Positions 1 through 7,309 of a DNA stretch of 43,303 nucleotides are shown here, one piece after another. The notes beneath the pieces are model-generated. The model did no database searches. It saw only the letters and a list, made by a program, of their open reading frames with translations, and was not told the origin of the DNA. Origin of the DNA: Candidatus Acidiferrales bacterium (GTDB lineage: Bacteria; Acidobacteriota; Terriglobia; Acidiferrales; UBA7541); contig DATDMO010000364.1 of NCBI GenBank assembly GCA_036518755.1, positions 1-43,303 on the forward strand. The letters are read 5' to 3'. Position 1 is the stretch's first letter, and each line of letters begins with the position of its first letter. A program made the position numbers and the translations under genes.

Positions 1-4
1 AGCG

Positions 5-1273
5 ATGGTGAAACTTTCAATGTCTCTCATTTTCGGATTCGTTCTAGTGCTGACGGTTCGTCCGTCGGTCCAGGCGCAGACGGCACCCCATACCTCCGCA
101 GATGCACCAGCGGCCGATTCAGCGCCGGCCGGACAAGCACCAGCTGAAGTGTTGAAGAAACTCTCCGATCTGATCCATGCAGGCAAATATACGGACGCAC
201 AACAGCTCGCGGCAGGCTTATTGCTGGCGTATCCGGCCGATCAACGGCTGATCAAGGCGAAGACGCTACTGGATAAAGCGGTCTCGTCCTCGCAGCCGGC
301 AGACACCGGGGCAAGTGCCAATCAGGCAGCGAGCAGCGCCGCTTCGCCGGCGCCGGGCACAAATGCCCCTCTTCTAACTGGGATGGATAAGGTGGAATAC
401 AATTCTCTGATCGAACTGGCGCGGCAGGCGCAGCAGACGACTGATCTAGGACAACAGAAGATGTTGCTCGAGAAGTTCATGAGCGAGAGTCGTCCCTTTG
501 TGGACCAACATCCGGATCAAATTCTGATCTGGCAGTTGCGTGCGGCATCGGCATTGAGCCTCAACGAACCAATCGAAGGATACGAAGCCGGACAAGAGCT
601 GCTGTCAGCAGGTGCAGCGAACAGCAACGACCCGAACCTGCAACATTTAATGGCACAACTGAATTTGCAAGGTTGGCTGGATCACAAAAAAGCTGAGATC
701 AGGGAACAAGAGAAGGGGTTCGCCTGGCTCGTCGGAACATGGACTTCGACCTGGGATTGGTGGTGGGGCGAAGTACATGGCCGAGATCAAGAACAGTTTG
801 TGGTAACCGACGCGGGTATCGACGGATATTTGATAGGTGGAGACGGAGTAAGGAATCCAGAGCCCGATTTCAGAGGTAAGATGCTGGATTCCGGAGAAAT
901 CCAATGGGAGTGCTATATGCCTCCCGCGGATACTGGCGGAATGTTTGTGTTTCGCCGCGTCGGTGGAAGTGTCTTTACTAAAGTGACGATCGGCCGACGA
1001 TCGGATCCCCAAGGTTATTATGCCGGAAACGTTCATCATTTTGGCTATGACCCTCATTCGACTGATACAGGCGACAAGGCGTTCTATCCGTCTGGATGGC
1101 AACCCGTGGCGTCATACAAACTCTCGAGCGACAAACGCACGATGACGATCGTAATTCTGCCGCAGGACGTCGAGGCCAACAGCAAGTTCGCCCGTAAGTT
1201 TCCGGTTACCTTGGTTTTCAAAAAAGCTGGCGGGCAAGACGAGCAACTCCAGTCGCAGCAACTACCTCAGTGA
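5..1273 (+). CDS. secreted hypothetical protein (signal peptide, Ala/Pro/Ser-rich linker, Trp-rich C-terminal domain)
   Basis: This is the longest ORF in the region. The N-terminus MVKLSMSLIFGFVLVLTVRPSVQAQ looks like a Sec signal peptide. Composition is protein-like, unlike antisense ORF 647..1102. No family recognised by eye. Confidence 0.6.
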   Translation: MVKLSMSLIFGFVLVLTVRPSVQAQTAPHTSADAPAADSAPAGQAPAEVLKKLSDLIHAGKYTDAQQLAAGLLLAYPADQRLIKAKTLLDKAVSSSQPADTGASANQAASSAASPAPGTNAPLLTGMDKVEYNSLIELARQAQQTTDLGQQKMLLEKFMSESRPFVDQHPDQILIWQLRAASALSLNEPIEGYEAGQELLSAGAANSNDPNLQHLMAQLNLQGWLDHKKAEIREQEKGFAWLVGTWTSTWDWWWGEVHGRDQEQFVVTDAGIDGYLIGGDGVRNPEPDFRGKMLDSGEIQWECYMPPADTGGMFVFRRVGGSVFTKVTIGRRSDPQGYYAGNVHHFGYDPHSTDTGDKAFYPSGWQPVASYKLSSDKRTMTIVILPQDVEANSKFARKFPVTLVFKKAGGQDEQLQSQQLPQ

Positions 1274-1430
1274 ATTCATCACCCAACGTAGATTTAGGGA
1301 GCGAGCCGTAGCGGACGATAAGCGATGCGTTAGCCGCCAGTCGGCTCGTTCTCATCTCCCTGTGATGAGTAGACACACGCGTTTTCCCAAGTCATGCCCT
1401 GCCTGGGAACGGAGTTCCAGCAGTGCTGAC

Positions 1431-3017
1431 TTAGGCCGATGCCGTTCTCAGGTGTTTGGGCCAAATGCCGCTTTTGCCGGGAGCGAGAATTCCGTTGGGA
1501 TCGATCGCGTCCTTGACCGTTTCGTGAAAGCGCAGCAGGGCGTGGTTGTTGTAGGAATACACGTTCATGACGTCCGACATGAAGTCAACGTGCGTGCGGT
1601 ATTCTCCCCAGCCATGTTCGGCGGCGACTTCCAGAAGCCGCTTGTAAACCTGGCGGCTTTTCCGGTTTTGCTCGACGTTCTTCTGGAGCAAGAAGATGAA
1701 CAGCAGAACGAAGCATCTTGAGAAATAGCTAGTCGGAAACGCAAAAACCTGGTCTTTGGGTGCCACACCCAGCTCCGTGTATGCCTGGCCGAAAACTTTC
1801 AACATTTCGAAGACGGCTTCGCCGCTCATGGGAATGATGGGCGAGAAGCCGATGTGCCCTTGCGAGGCGTTTCTCAGGATTCCGAATACCGACAGGCTGG
1901 GGATGCCGATTTCGGGTAAGTTGGTCACCTTGGCCTGCTGCTCCGGAGTCAATGGAAACGTGTATGACACGTCGTCCCTGAATTTCGCACCGGGAATGGA
2001 TGACAATTTTTCCTTAGCATACTCCCACTGCGCGGCGATTACCTTGGGAGGCCCGTAAAAGCGCAGATCGGCGCTCCAGTAGGCGAGATTTTTTTCCTGC
2101 GCGAGACGGTCCATCTCCGCGACCGAGGGGCCGCCCGGCACGTCGAGCATCGATTGACCTTGCCCGGCGCGGTAAAAGAGCAACGGGCTGCCCAAAGCTA
2201 TCATCGACTGCAGGATCTGCAGGTTTTTGAGGTGTGCCAGAGTATCCACAAGGGGCACGAGATCGTCGTGCTTCGGCACGAGGACGGTACCGGCCAGATA
2301 CGCCTCCGGCTCAGGCATGAGCCACACGCCCATCTTCGTGACCACACCGAAGTTGGATTGGGAGAACATTCCATCGATGTAGGGGCCAAACCCGTATTTG
2401 TATTGCTGCCACGTAGTGGAATTCGGCAGCGCGCCCATGCCTGTGCGCATCAGTTCCCCATTCGCCAGGACGACTTCCATTCCGCACTGCGCGGCGAAGT
2501 GCTCGTGCATGGGAGTGCGCCCGCCGCCGCGGTCGAGCGTGTTGCCCATCGGGCTGCCCCAACCGGGATCGGGAGGATCGATCCAAACCTTTAGCTTGTG
2601 ATCCTGAATGTAGCGATAGAGATCGAAGTAGCTGACGCCGGGTTCGACGAGCGCATAGTGATTCCTCTCGTTCACTTCCAGAACGCGATCCATGCGCTTC
2701 AAATCCAGAATGGCGGTGCCAGATAATGCCGGTGACGTCCCGCCATACGCCAGATTCTTGCCGGTTGAAACCGGCCACAGCGGGATTTTGTATTGGTTCG
2801 CGATCTTCACGACCGCCTGCACTTCTTCCACGCTTGCGGGCGCCACAGCGGCGGAGGGGATCTTTTCGCCCTCTTCGTGCCAATCGGGCGTATAGGGATC
2901 GCGATAGAGGTCTACGTCGTCGTCACTGGTGAAAACCCACTCTTTGCCGACAACTTCTTCGAAATACTGCATCGCAGCGGAGAAGTCTGTGCTGCTCACA
3001 CCGGGTGGAAGTCGCAT
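1431..3017 (-). CDS. FAD-binding oxidoreductase, VAO/PCMH family (vanillyl-alcohol oxidase / 4-cresol dehydrogenase flavoprotein-like)
   Basis: The N-terminal FAD-binding PCMH-type region (AAVAPASVEEVQAVVKIANQYKIPLWPVSTGKNLAYGG...ILDLKRMDRVLEVN) and overall length match the VAO family. I prefer the ATG at 3017 (MRLPPGV), which has GAGGA about 8 nt upstream, over the ORF-track GTG at 3077, which has no SD. Confidence 0.8.
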   Translation of the reverse strand: MRLPPGVSSTDFSAAMQYFEEVVGKEWVFTSDDDVDLYRDPYTPDWHEEGEKIPSAAVAPASVEEVQAVVKIANQYKIPLWPVSTGKNLAYGGTSPALSGTAILDLKRMDRVLEVNERNHYALVEPGVSYFDLYRYIQDHKLKVWIDPPDPGWGSPMGNTLDRGGGRTPMHEHFAAQCGMEVVLANGELMRTGMGALPNSTTWQQYKYGFGPYIDGMFSQSNFGVVTKMGVWLMPEPEAYLAGTVLVPKHDDLVPLVDTLAHLKNLQILQSMIALGSPLLFYRAGQGQSMLDVPGGPSVAEMDRLAQEKNLAYWSADLRFYGPPKVIAAQWEYAKEKLSSIPGAKFRDDVSYTFPLTPEQQAKVTNLPEIGIPSLSVFGILRNASQGHIGFSPIIPMSGEAVFEMLKVFGQAYTELGVAPKDQVFAFPTSYFSRCFVLLFIFLLQKNVEQNRKSRQVYKRLLEVAAEHGWGEYRTHVDFMSDVMNVYSYNNHALLRFHETVKDAIDPNGILAPGKSGIWPKHLRTASA

Positions 3018-3114
3018 GAAGTAGTCCTCGAGTCTGAAAGCGCAAAGCGGGTACTTTACTATCACGGGCCGAGACACACCACAACAGGCTGCCCGCGAGG
3101 GCTAGTTGACGGGG

Positions 3115-4191
3115 CTATTTGTGCGGTTTTGCGACTACGAATGGTTCGAGGATGAGCGGAAGTTCGAAGGGGAGCGTTTCTGGCGCTTCACAGACGGCGT
3201 CGCTGCACTGCTGGAAACGGACCCGACCCGATAAAGCGATTTTTCCTTCTTCGAGCGGAAATTTCAGCAGCAGCGAACCTAAGCCTCGGAATGAGCCGCT
3301 GAAAACGGGAATCGTTTCTCCAAGCGCGGCGATTCGCATGGGCGTTGCGGACGGAAGGTCGAAGGATTGGCGGATGATTTTCGGATCTTCGAAGGTCACG
3401 GAGGTGGCCGTATAAGCTGGGGGTAGTGGTGAACCGTAGACGTGCCATCCGGGTTGGAGCGTGAATTTTGCGAAGAAGCTGATTTCCTGGCCCGCGAATG
3501 CTTTGGCGGCAGAAAGTCCAACCTCCACGGTGAGCGCGCCGCTTCGCAGAGTTATGGTTGGGGCGCCGTCGGCAGTAGCTCCGAATTCTCGAAGAACGAC
3601 GGCGGACGCCGTGACGCGATGCTGGTAGTTGGGCACGAAATACTTGCTGATAACGAGGCCGTCGTGAGCAACGAGATACTCGACGGGATGCGGAACGCCA
3701 TGCGCGCGGAGACCGGGGGCGATGTTGGTGTTCAAGATGCCGAAACTGCGGATGACGGCGCTATCCCGATCGGACAGCAGAGGAAATCGAATCTGGTGGT
3801 GCTCCGCGAAACGCTGGAGAGTTTCCTGGGAATCGTAGCTGACTGCGGCGACGCGAAGACCTTCCTTTTCGATGATCGGACGCGATTGCTCCAACTCGAC
3901 GAGCTGGGAACGGCAGTACTGTCACCAATCGGCGCTGCGGTAAAAAACGAGAAGCAGGCCCTTGGGACCGGCGAGACTGGCGAGCGATCTCGGAACGCCT
4001 TGCTGATCTGGGAGGGAGAAATCAGGGATGCGCTCGCGAGGCTCCGGGCCCGTAGTGTAGCGATCATTGGTGGCGTTGATGTGCCTGGCGTGCAATTCGG
4101 GGGGAACGTGCTCTCCGGCGGCACGGAGGCGTCCGAATTCCCGCATGATCGCGGCTTTTTCCGCGAGATCTTCCGGCATGTCGATTGCCAT
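3115..4191 (-). CDS. candidate selenoprotein: peroxiredoxin-like (AhpC/TSA-Redoxin fold) protein with a U-x-x-C motif, fused to a DsbD N-terminal-like domain; in-frame TGA at 3922..3924
   Basis: ORFs 3922..4191 and 3115..3894 share a frame (27 nt lie between them). Read-through gives VFYRSADW-[TGA]-QYCRSQLVELEQ, placing the TGA at the first Cys of the W-C-x-x-C redox motif. The C-terminal part carries PGWHVYG and FQQCSDAVCEAPE, which resemble DsbD-alpha. A hairpin lies 14 nt downstream of the TGA. A pseudogene or sequencing error is not excluded. Confidence 0.6.
3891..3907 (-). promoter_or_regulatory. candidate bacterial SECIS hairpin (CCAGCUC-GUC-GAGUUGG) inside the coding sequence
   Basis: A 7-bp stem (one G-U pair) with apical loop GUC starts 14 nt 3' of the UGA. 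The loop begins with G, as bacterial SECIS models require. Confidence 0.4.
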
Positions 4192-4196
4192 CGGAC

Positions 4197-4451
4197 TTAT
4201 TGCTCGCCAGTCTGCTTTGTTTCGCTTGGCTTTTCAGCGGGAGCCGACGCGTCGAGAACTTGAGCCTTAATCGTCAGGCCATTCTTCGCGGCATCGAAGC
4301 GGACTTTGCGGTCCATCGTTTTCCATACGTCGCGAAGCGCTTTTCCGATGCCCACGGGTAAGGTGCTTGCTTCCAGACGCACTTTACCTGCGGCGGTCGG
4401 CCCGCTGTTGCGATCGTGATATTCGATCTCGACCTGAATCGTTTTGCTCAT
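4197..4451 (-). CDS. small hypothetical protein (84 aa), first gene of the putative selenoprotein operon
   Basis: The ATG is preceded by AAGGAAG. Its stop TAA (4197..4199) lies 5 nt before the ATG of the next gene at 4191. Composition is protein-like. No family recognised. Confidence 0.55.
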   Translation of the reverse strand: MSKTIQVEIEYHDRNSGPTAAGKVRLEASTLPVGIGKALRDVWKTMDRKVRFDAAKNGLTIKAQVLDASAPAEKPSETKQTGEQ

Positions 4452-4600
4452 GTGTCTTCCTTTTGGTTGTGATCTGCGCCGAGCGCGCTCCTCGGCTTAG
4501 GCGGATGGCGGCTGAAATCGGCTTTGTTCGCGTTAAATTCTATTGCTATCGCGGCGGCCTATACGACGGGACTGCTCAAACTTTTCACCGTGTGGGGGCA

Positions 4601-4643
4601 GATGAAAAGAGAGGCGTCTGGATGAAATCACAAGCGCCTCTCT
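4601..4643 (-). terminator. intrinsic terminator downstream of the CapA-like gene
   Basis: A perfect 9-bp inverted repeat, AGAGAGGCG (4608..4616) / CGCCTCTCT (4635..4643), is followed on the minus strand by a short U-run (A-run 4605..4608 on plus). Confidence 0.55.
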
Positions 4644-4758
4644 AGTTTACCTCTAATTATCCGTGTACCTCAGGGATCACCTCCTTCTCGGCAGGAACGC
4701 CGATGCAACGATTGCAATTGTAAACGATGACCGGTGGAATCTTAAAGAGGAGTTCGCA

Positions 4759-5997
4759 CTAATTTCCGGCTTTCAGAGGGATTTCCGCGGTGTCGCCCTT
4801 TATCTCTATGGTGGTACCAAAGGGCTTTGAGGCGTCTGCGAGACGCTGGAGGATGTAACCTGCGCGCGCACCCGTGGCCGGCGAGGGCAAGCCGCGGGTA
4901 TCGAGGAACTGGTTGTTCGTGTATTCGTTGTGAACATCTGGCTGGCCTTCGCCCAAGTTGTTCAAAAAAATCGGGCGGAACGAAATCGATTGCAGCTTCT
5001 TGCCCTGAAATTGAACGTAGGCGATCGCGCTTTCCCAGCTCATCGGTTCGTCGATGTAGGTGAGCGTGGGTGGGACGTTGTATATGAAGTTGCCCAGGTC
5101 GTAAAAAATGGGCCGGCCGCGATAAACCTCCACGCCGTGGAGCAGGGGGGCGCCATGCATGACCACGATGTCAGCTCCCGCATCTACTTCCGCATGCGTC
5201 CACTTCCTGAGCCAATCATTGGGAGCAAGCCGCTCCTGCATACCTTCGGTGAAAATCGTGGAGAAGGAATGATTGCTGAAGACGTGGTTATGCTGGTAGA
5301 CGATGACGAGGTCAGCGTTGCGGCGAGCCTCACGGATGCTTTGAAGGATGCGCTGCGAATCCCGGGGGTTCGGTGTATTCGCGGGGGCGCCGGGCAGATC
5401 GGCTGTGGCCTCATTTTCCTTGTTGCCAGCTTCGATGCGAAGTTCATTCACACCGGGGCGGTCCGCGGTGGCGCTTGCCCCAGGTGCAATCAGGCCTGAG
5501 GCGCTGGCTATCAGGGCGATAGTGCCCTTCGGAGTATGCAGATAGCCTGGCGCCAGGGCTTCGGCCAGGTTGTTTCCTGTTCCGGCGTGAACGATTTTCC
5601 GGAGGTTCGCTTCGCGGATTGTATTTTGAATGCCCGTCACTTTCAGATCAAAGGCGTGGTTGCCGGCGAGAGACAGTAAGTTAAAACCGAACGTCTTTAG
5701 AGCATCGAGCGCCTCGGGCGGAGTGAGAAATCCCCGGCCCTCGTGGGCCGTCTGGCCCTTTTCGGCGACCGCGGCTTCCAGGTTGGTGAAGACGACATCG
5801 CCCTTCAAGAGCGATTGGATCACTGGTACTTCTGCGGGAGCGGTGGCGCGGATGTCCGATCGGATCATCGACTGTCCCGTCAAAATGATCGTTATCGCGG
5901 GCGATTGTGGACGCGCGGGAGCGCACATCGCGCCGACAATCACGAATAGAAGCACGAGGCGCTCCGCTTTCACCGAAAGCAGGCCAGTCTTCAACAT
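4759..5997 (-). CDS. CapA family protein (PGA_cap / metallophosphatase-like), membrane-anchored or secreted
   Basis: CapA-type motifs are present (VVFTNLEAAV..., GFNLLSLAGNHAFDLKVTGI..., GTGNNLAEA). I take the start at ATG 5997 (MLKTGLL..., hydrophobic anchor). The 90-aa extension in the ORF track overlaps the upstream gene and is rejected. Confidence 0.8.
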   Translation of the reverse strand: MLKTGLLSVKAERLVLLFVIVGAMCAPARPQSPAITIILTGQSMIRSDIRATAPAEVPVIQSLLKGDVVFTNLEAAVAEKGQTAHEGRGFLTPPEALDALKTFGFNLLSLAGNHAFDLKVTGIQNTIREANLRKIVHAGTGNNLAEALAPGYLHTPKGTIALIASASGLIAPGASATADRPGVNELRIEAGNKENEATADLPGAPANTPNPRDSQRILQSIREARRNADLVIVYQHNHVFSNHSFSTIFTEGMQERLAPNDWLRKWTHAEVDAGADIVVMHGAPLLHGVEVYRGRPIFYDLGNFIYNVPPTLTYIDEPMSWESAIAYVQFQGKKLQSISFRPIFLNNLGEGQPDVHNEYTNNQFLDTRGLPSPATGARAGYILQRLADASKPFGTTIEIKGDTAEIPLKAGN

Positions 5998-5999
5998 TT

Positions 6000-6716
6000 C
6001 TAGCCGACCGCCGGGGATGAGGTTGTGGCGTGCAGCGGTAACGGGCTGGCGCCTTTGATGACGAGCCACAGCATGATCGCCAACTCCCCAATAAGGGCGG
6101 GCTGCGAGTAGGTAAACACCTTGCCCTGATATTGTGGCAACAGCTCGCCCGTCAGGCTGATGAGCAGATACGCCACGCCGTTGATCATGAGCCAAACGCC
6201 GAGGAATCGTGGCAGGAAACGCGACCTGTACACAAGCAGCGCCAACGGAAGAAGCCACAGACCCCACAGGATTTCGGCGGCGGTGTTCTGCTGGTCACGG
6301 AGACGGAGGAAAAGGAAAGCCAAGGCGTCGCGCTGAGGTGCGTCGAACACGGACAGGAAGGCGTCACCGCGCACCATCATCAGGGTGCCAGCGTCACTCA
6401 CCACACCAACGAAGTAAATCAGCGCCGGCATCACGCCCCCGAGCACTACCACAAGCACGGCGAGGTTCTGGTCAACTCCCTTAAACAACCGGTAAAAGGC
6501 GAGCGTGAGAAAGATCAAGATGACCGCGCAAATCAGGTCAGCCACGATGCCAAGACGGAACAGTAACTGATGAGCGGCGATGTTGTTGGCCGTCGCGGCA
6601 GCGTTCCCATGAACGAACAATTTGCTCGGAATATACAGGAGGCGGAGCGGGCCTAGAACGGTGAGGAGCAGATACCACAGTCCGGCGACTCTCCCTGGGT
6701 TCCGGATCGAGGTCAT
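6000..6716 (-). CDS. DUF4386-like integral membrane protein
   Basis: A multi-TM protein whose N-terminus GRVAGLWYLLLTVLGPLRLLYIP... and overall pattern resemble DUF4386. Its stop lies 2 nt before the CapA-like start, so the two are likely co-transcribed. Confidence 0.65.
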   Translation of the reverse strand: MTSIRNPGRVAGLWYLLLTVLGPLRLLYIPSKLFVHGNAAATANNIAAHQLLFRLGIVADLICAVILIFLTLAFYRLFKGVDQNLAVLVVVLGGVMPALIYFVGVVSDAGTLMMVRGDAFLSVFDAPQRDALAFLFLRLRDQQNTAAEILWGLWLLPLALLVYRSRFLPRFLGVWLMINGVAYLLISLTGELLPQYQGKVFTYSQPALIGELAIMLWLVIKGASPLPLHATTSSPAVG

Positions 6717-6811
6717 GTTCCCTCCGTTGTGGTGTTCTAGCCGGAGATACTAGTCGGAAATACGGCAAATGATGAGGAAAAGTTTCGCCGCGAGGCGCTT
6801 TCACGCGCTCA

Positions 6812-7279
6812 CTAGGCGGGGGACTCGGGAGCGGCTAGTCGGTAGAGGCCCCACCCAACACCGGCCGAGACGAGAAGCAGCGCCCACCCTGCGCCGACAA
6901 ACGAAAACACACCTGTTAGAACGGTGAGGAGCAAGTATGACGAAGCGTTCGACGGGCGAACATCCGTGGCACGCAGGAGAATTACAAACGCCGGGGAGAA
7001 CAACGCTACGGCCAATAACGAAGTGAGCGCACCAACAAAGCCGGCTTGCACGGACGACTGGGTGCGGGTGGCGTCGAGCAGGCGTCGCCCGGTAATCGCG
7101 CCGGCCAGGGCATGGGCCACACCGGCTGCAACGGTGAGCGCCATTTCACTCATCCGCGCACTGGGTATCCAGGCGAGATAAGTCACGACCATCGTCAGGC
7201 TGCCGAAGGCGAGGGCAGCCGCGGTTCGCGGCCACCGCCTAATGTATGAGCCGAACGGTTCCATGCCAGCTCCTGCCAC
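6812..7279 (-). CDS. hypothetical integral membrane protein (about 4 TM segments)
   Basis: Hydrophobic segments occur throughout. It lies on the same strand 30 nt downstream of the PilZ-SPOR gene. The start is uncertain (ATG 7279 or MEPFG at 7264). Confidence 0.5.
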   Translation of the reverse strand: MAGAGMEPFGSYIRRWPRTAAALAFGSLTMVVTYLAWIPSARMSEMALTVAAGVAHALAGAITGRRLLDATRTQSSVQAGFVGALTSLLAVALFSPAFVILLRATDVRPSNASSYLLLTVLTGVFSFVGAGWALLLVSAGVGWGLYRLAAPESPA

Positions 7280-7309
7280 ATGACACTTAGCGTGCTCGCG
7301 AACGAGTGT

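Noticed and set aside
3115-4191. Treating 3115..3894 and 3922..4191 as two separate genes
   Set aside because: The downstream ORF would start at a TTG with no SD in the middle of a thioredoxin fold, and the upstream one would end one residue before its active-site motif. A single read-through (Sec) gene or a pseudogene explains the data better. The pseudogene option is not fully excluded.
4660-4690. Possible 16S rRNA gene fragment because of GGATCACCTCCTT
   Set aside because: Only the terminal 13 nt match. The upstream flank does not resemble helix 45 (no GGGGAACCTGCGG-like sequence), and no rRNA context is present. It is kept only as an orphan SD / anti-SD observation.
5998-6267. 90-codon N-terminal extension of the CapA-like ORF (track 4759..6267)
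   Set aside because: The extension overlaps the DUF4386-like gene in another frame and is Arg/Gly/Ala-rich. The internal ATG at 5997 gives a hydrophobic anchor and lies 2 nt after the upstream stop.
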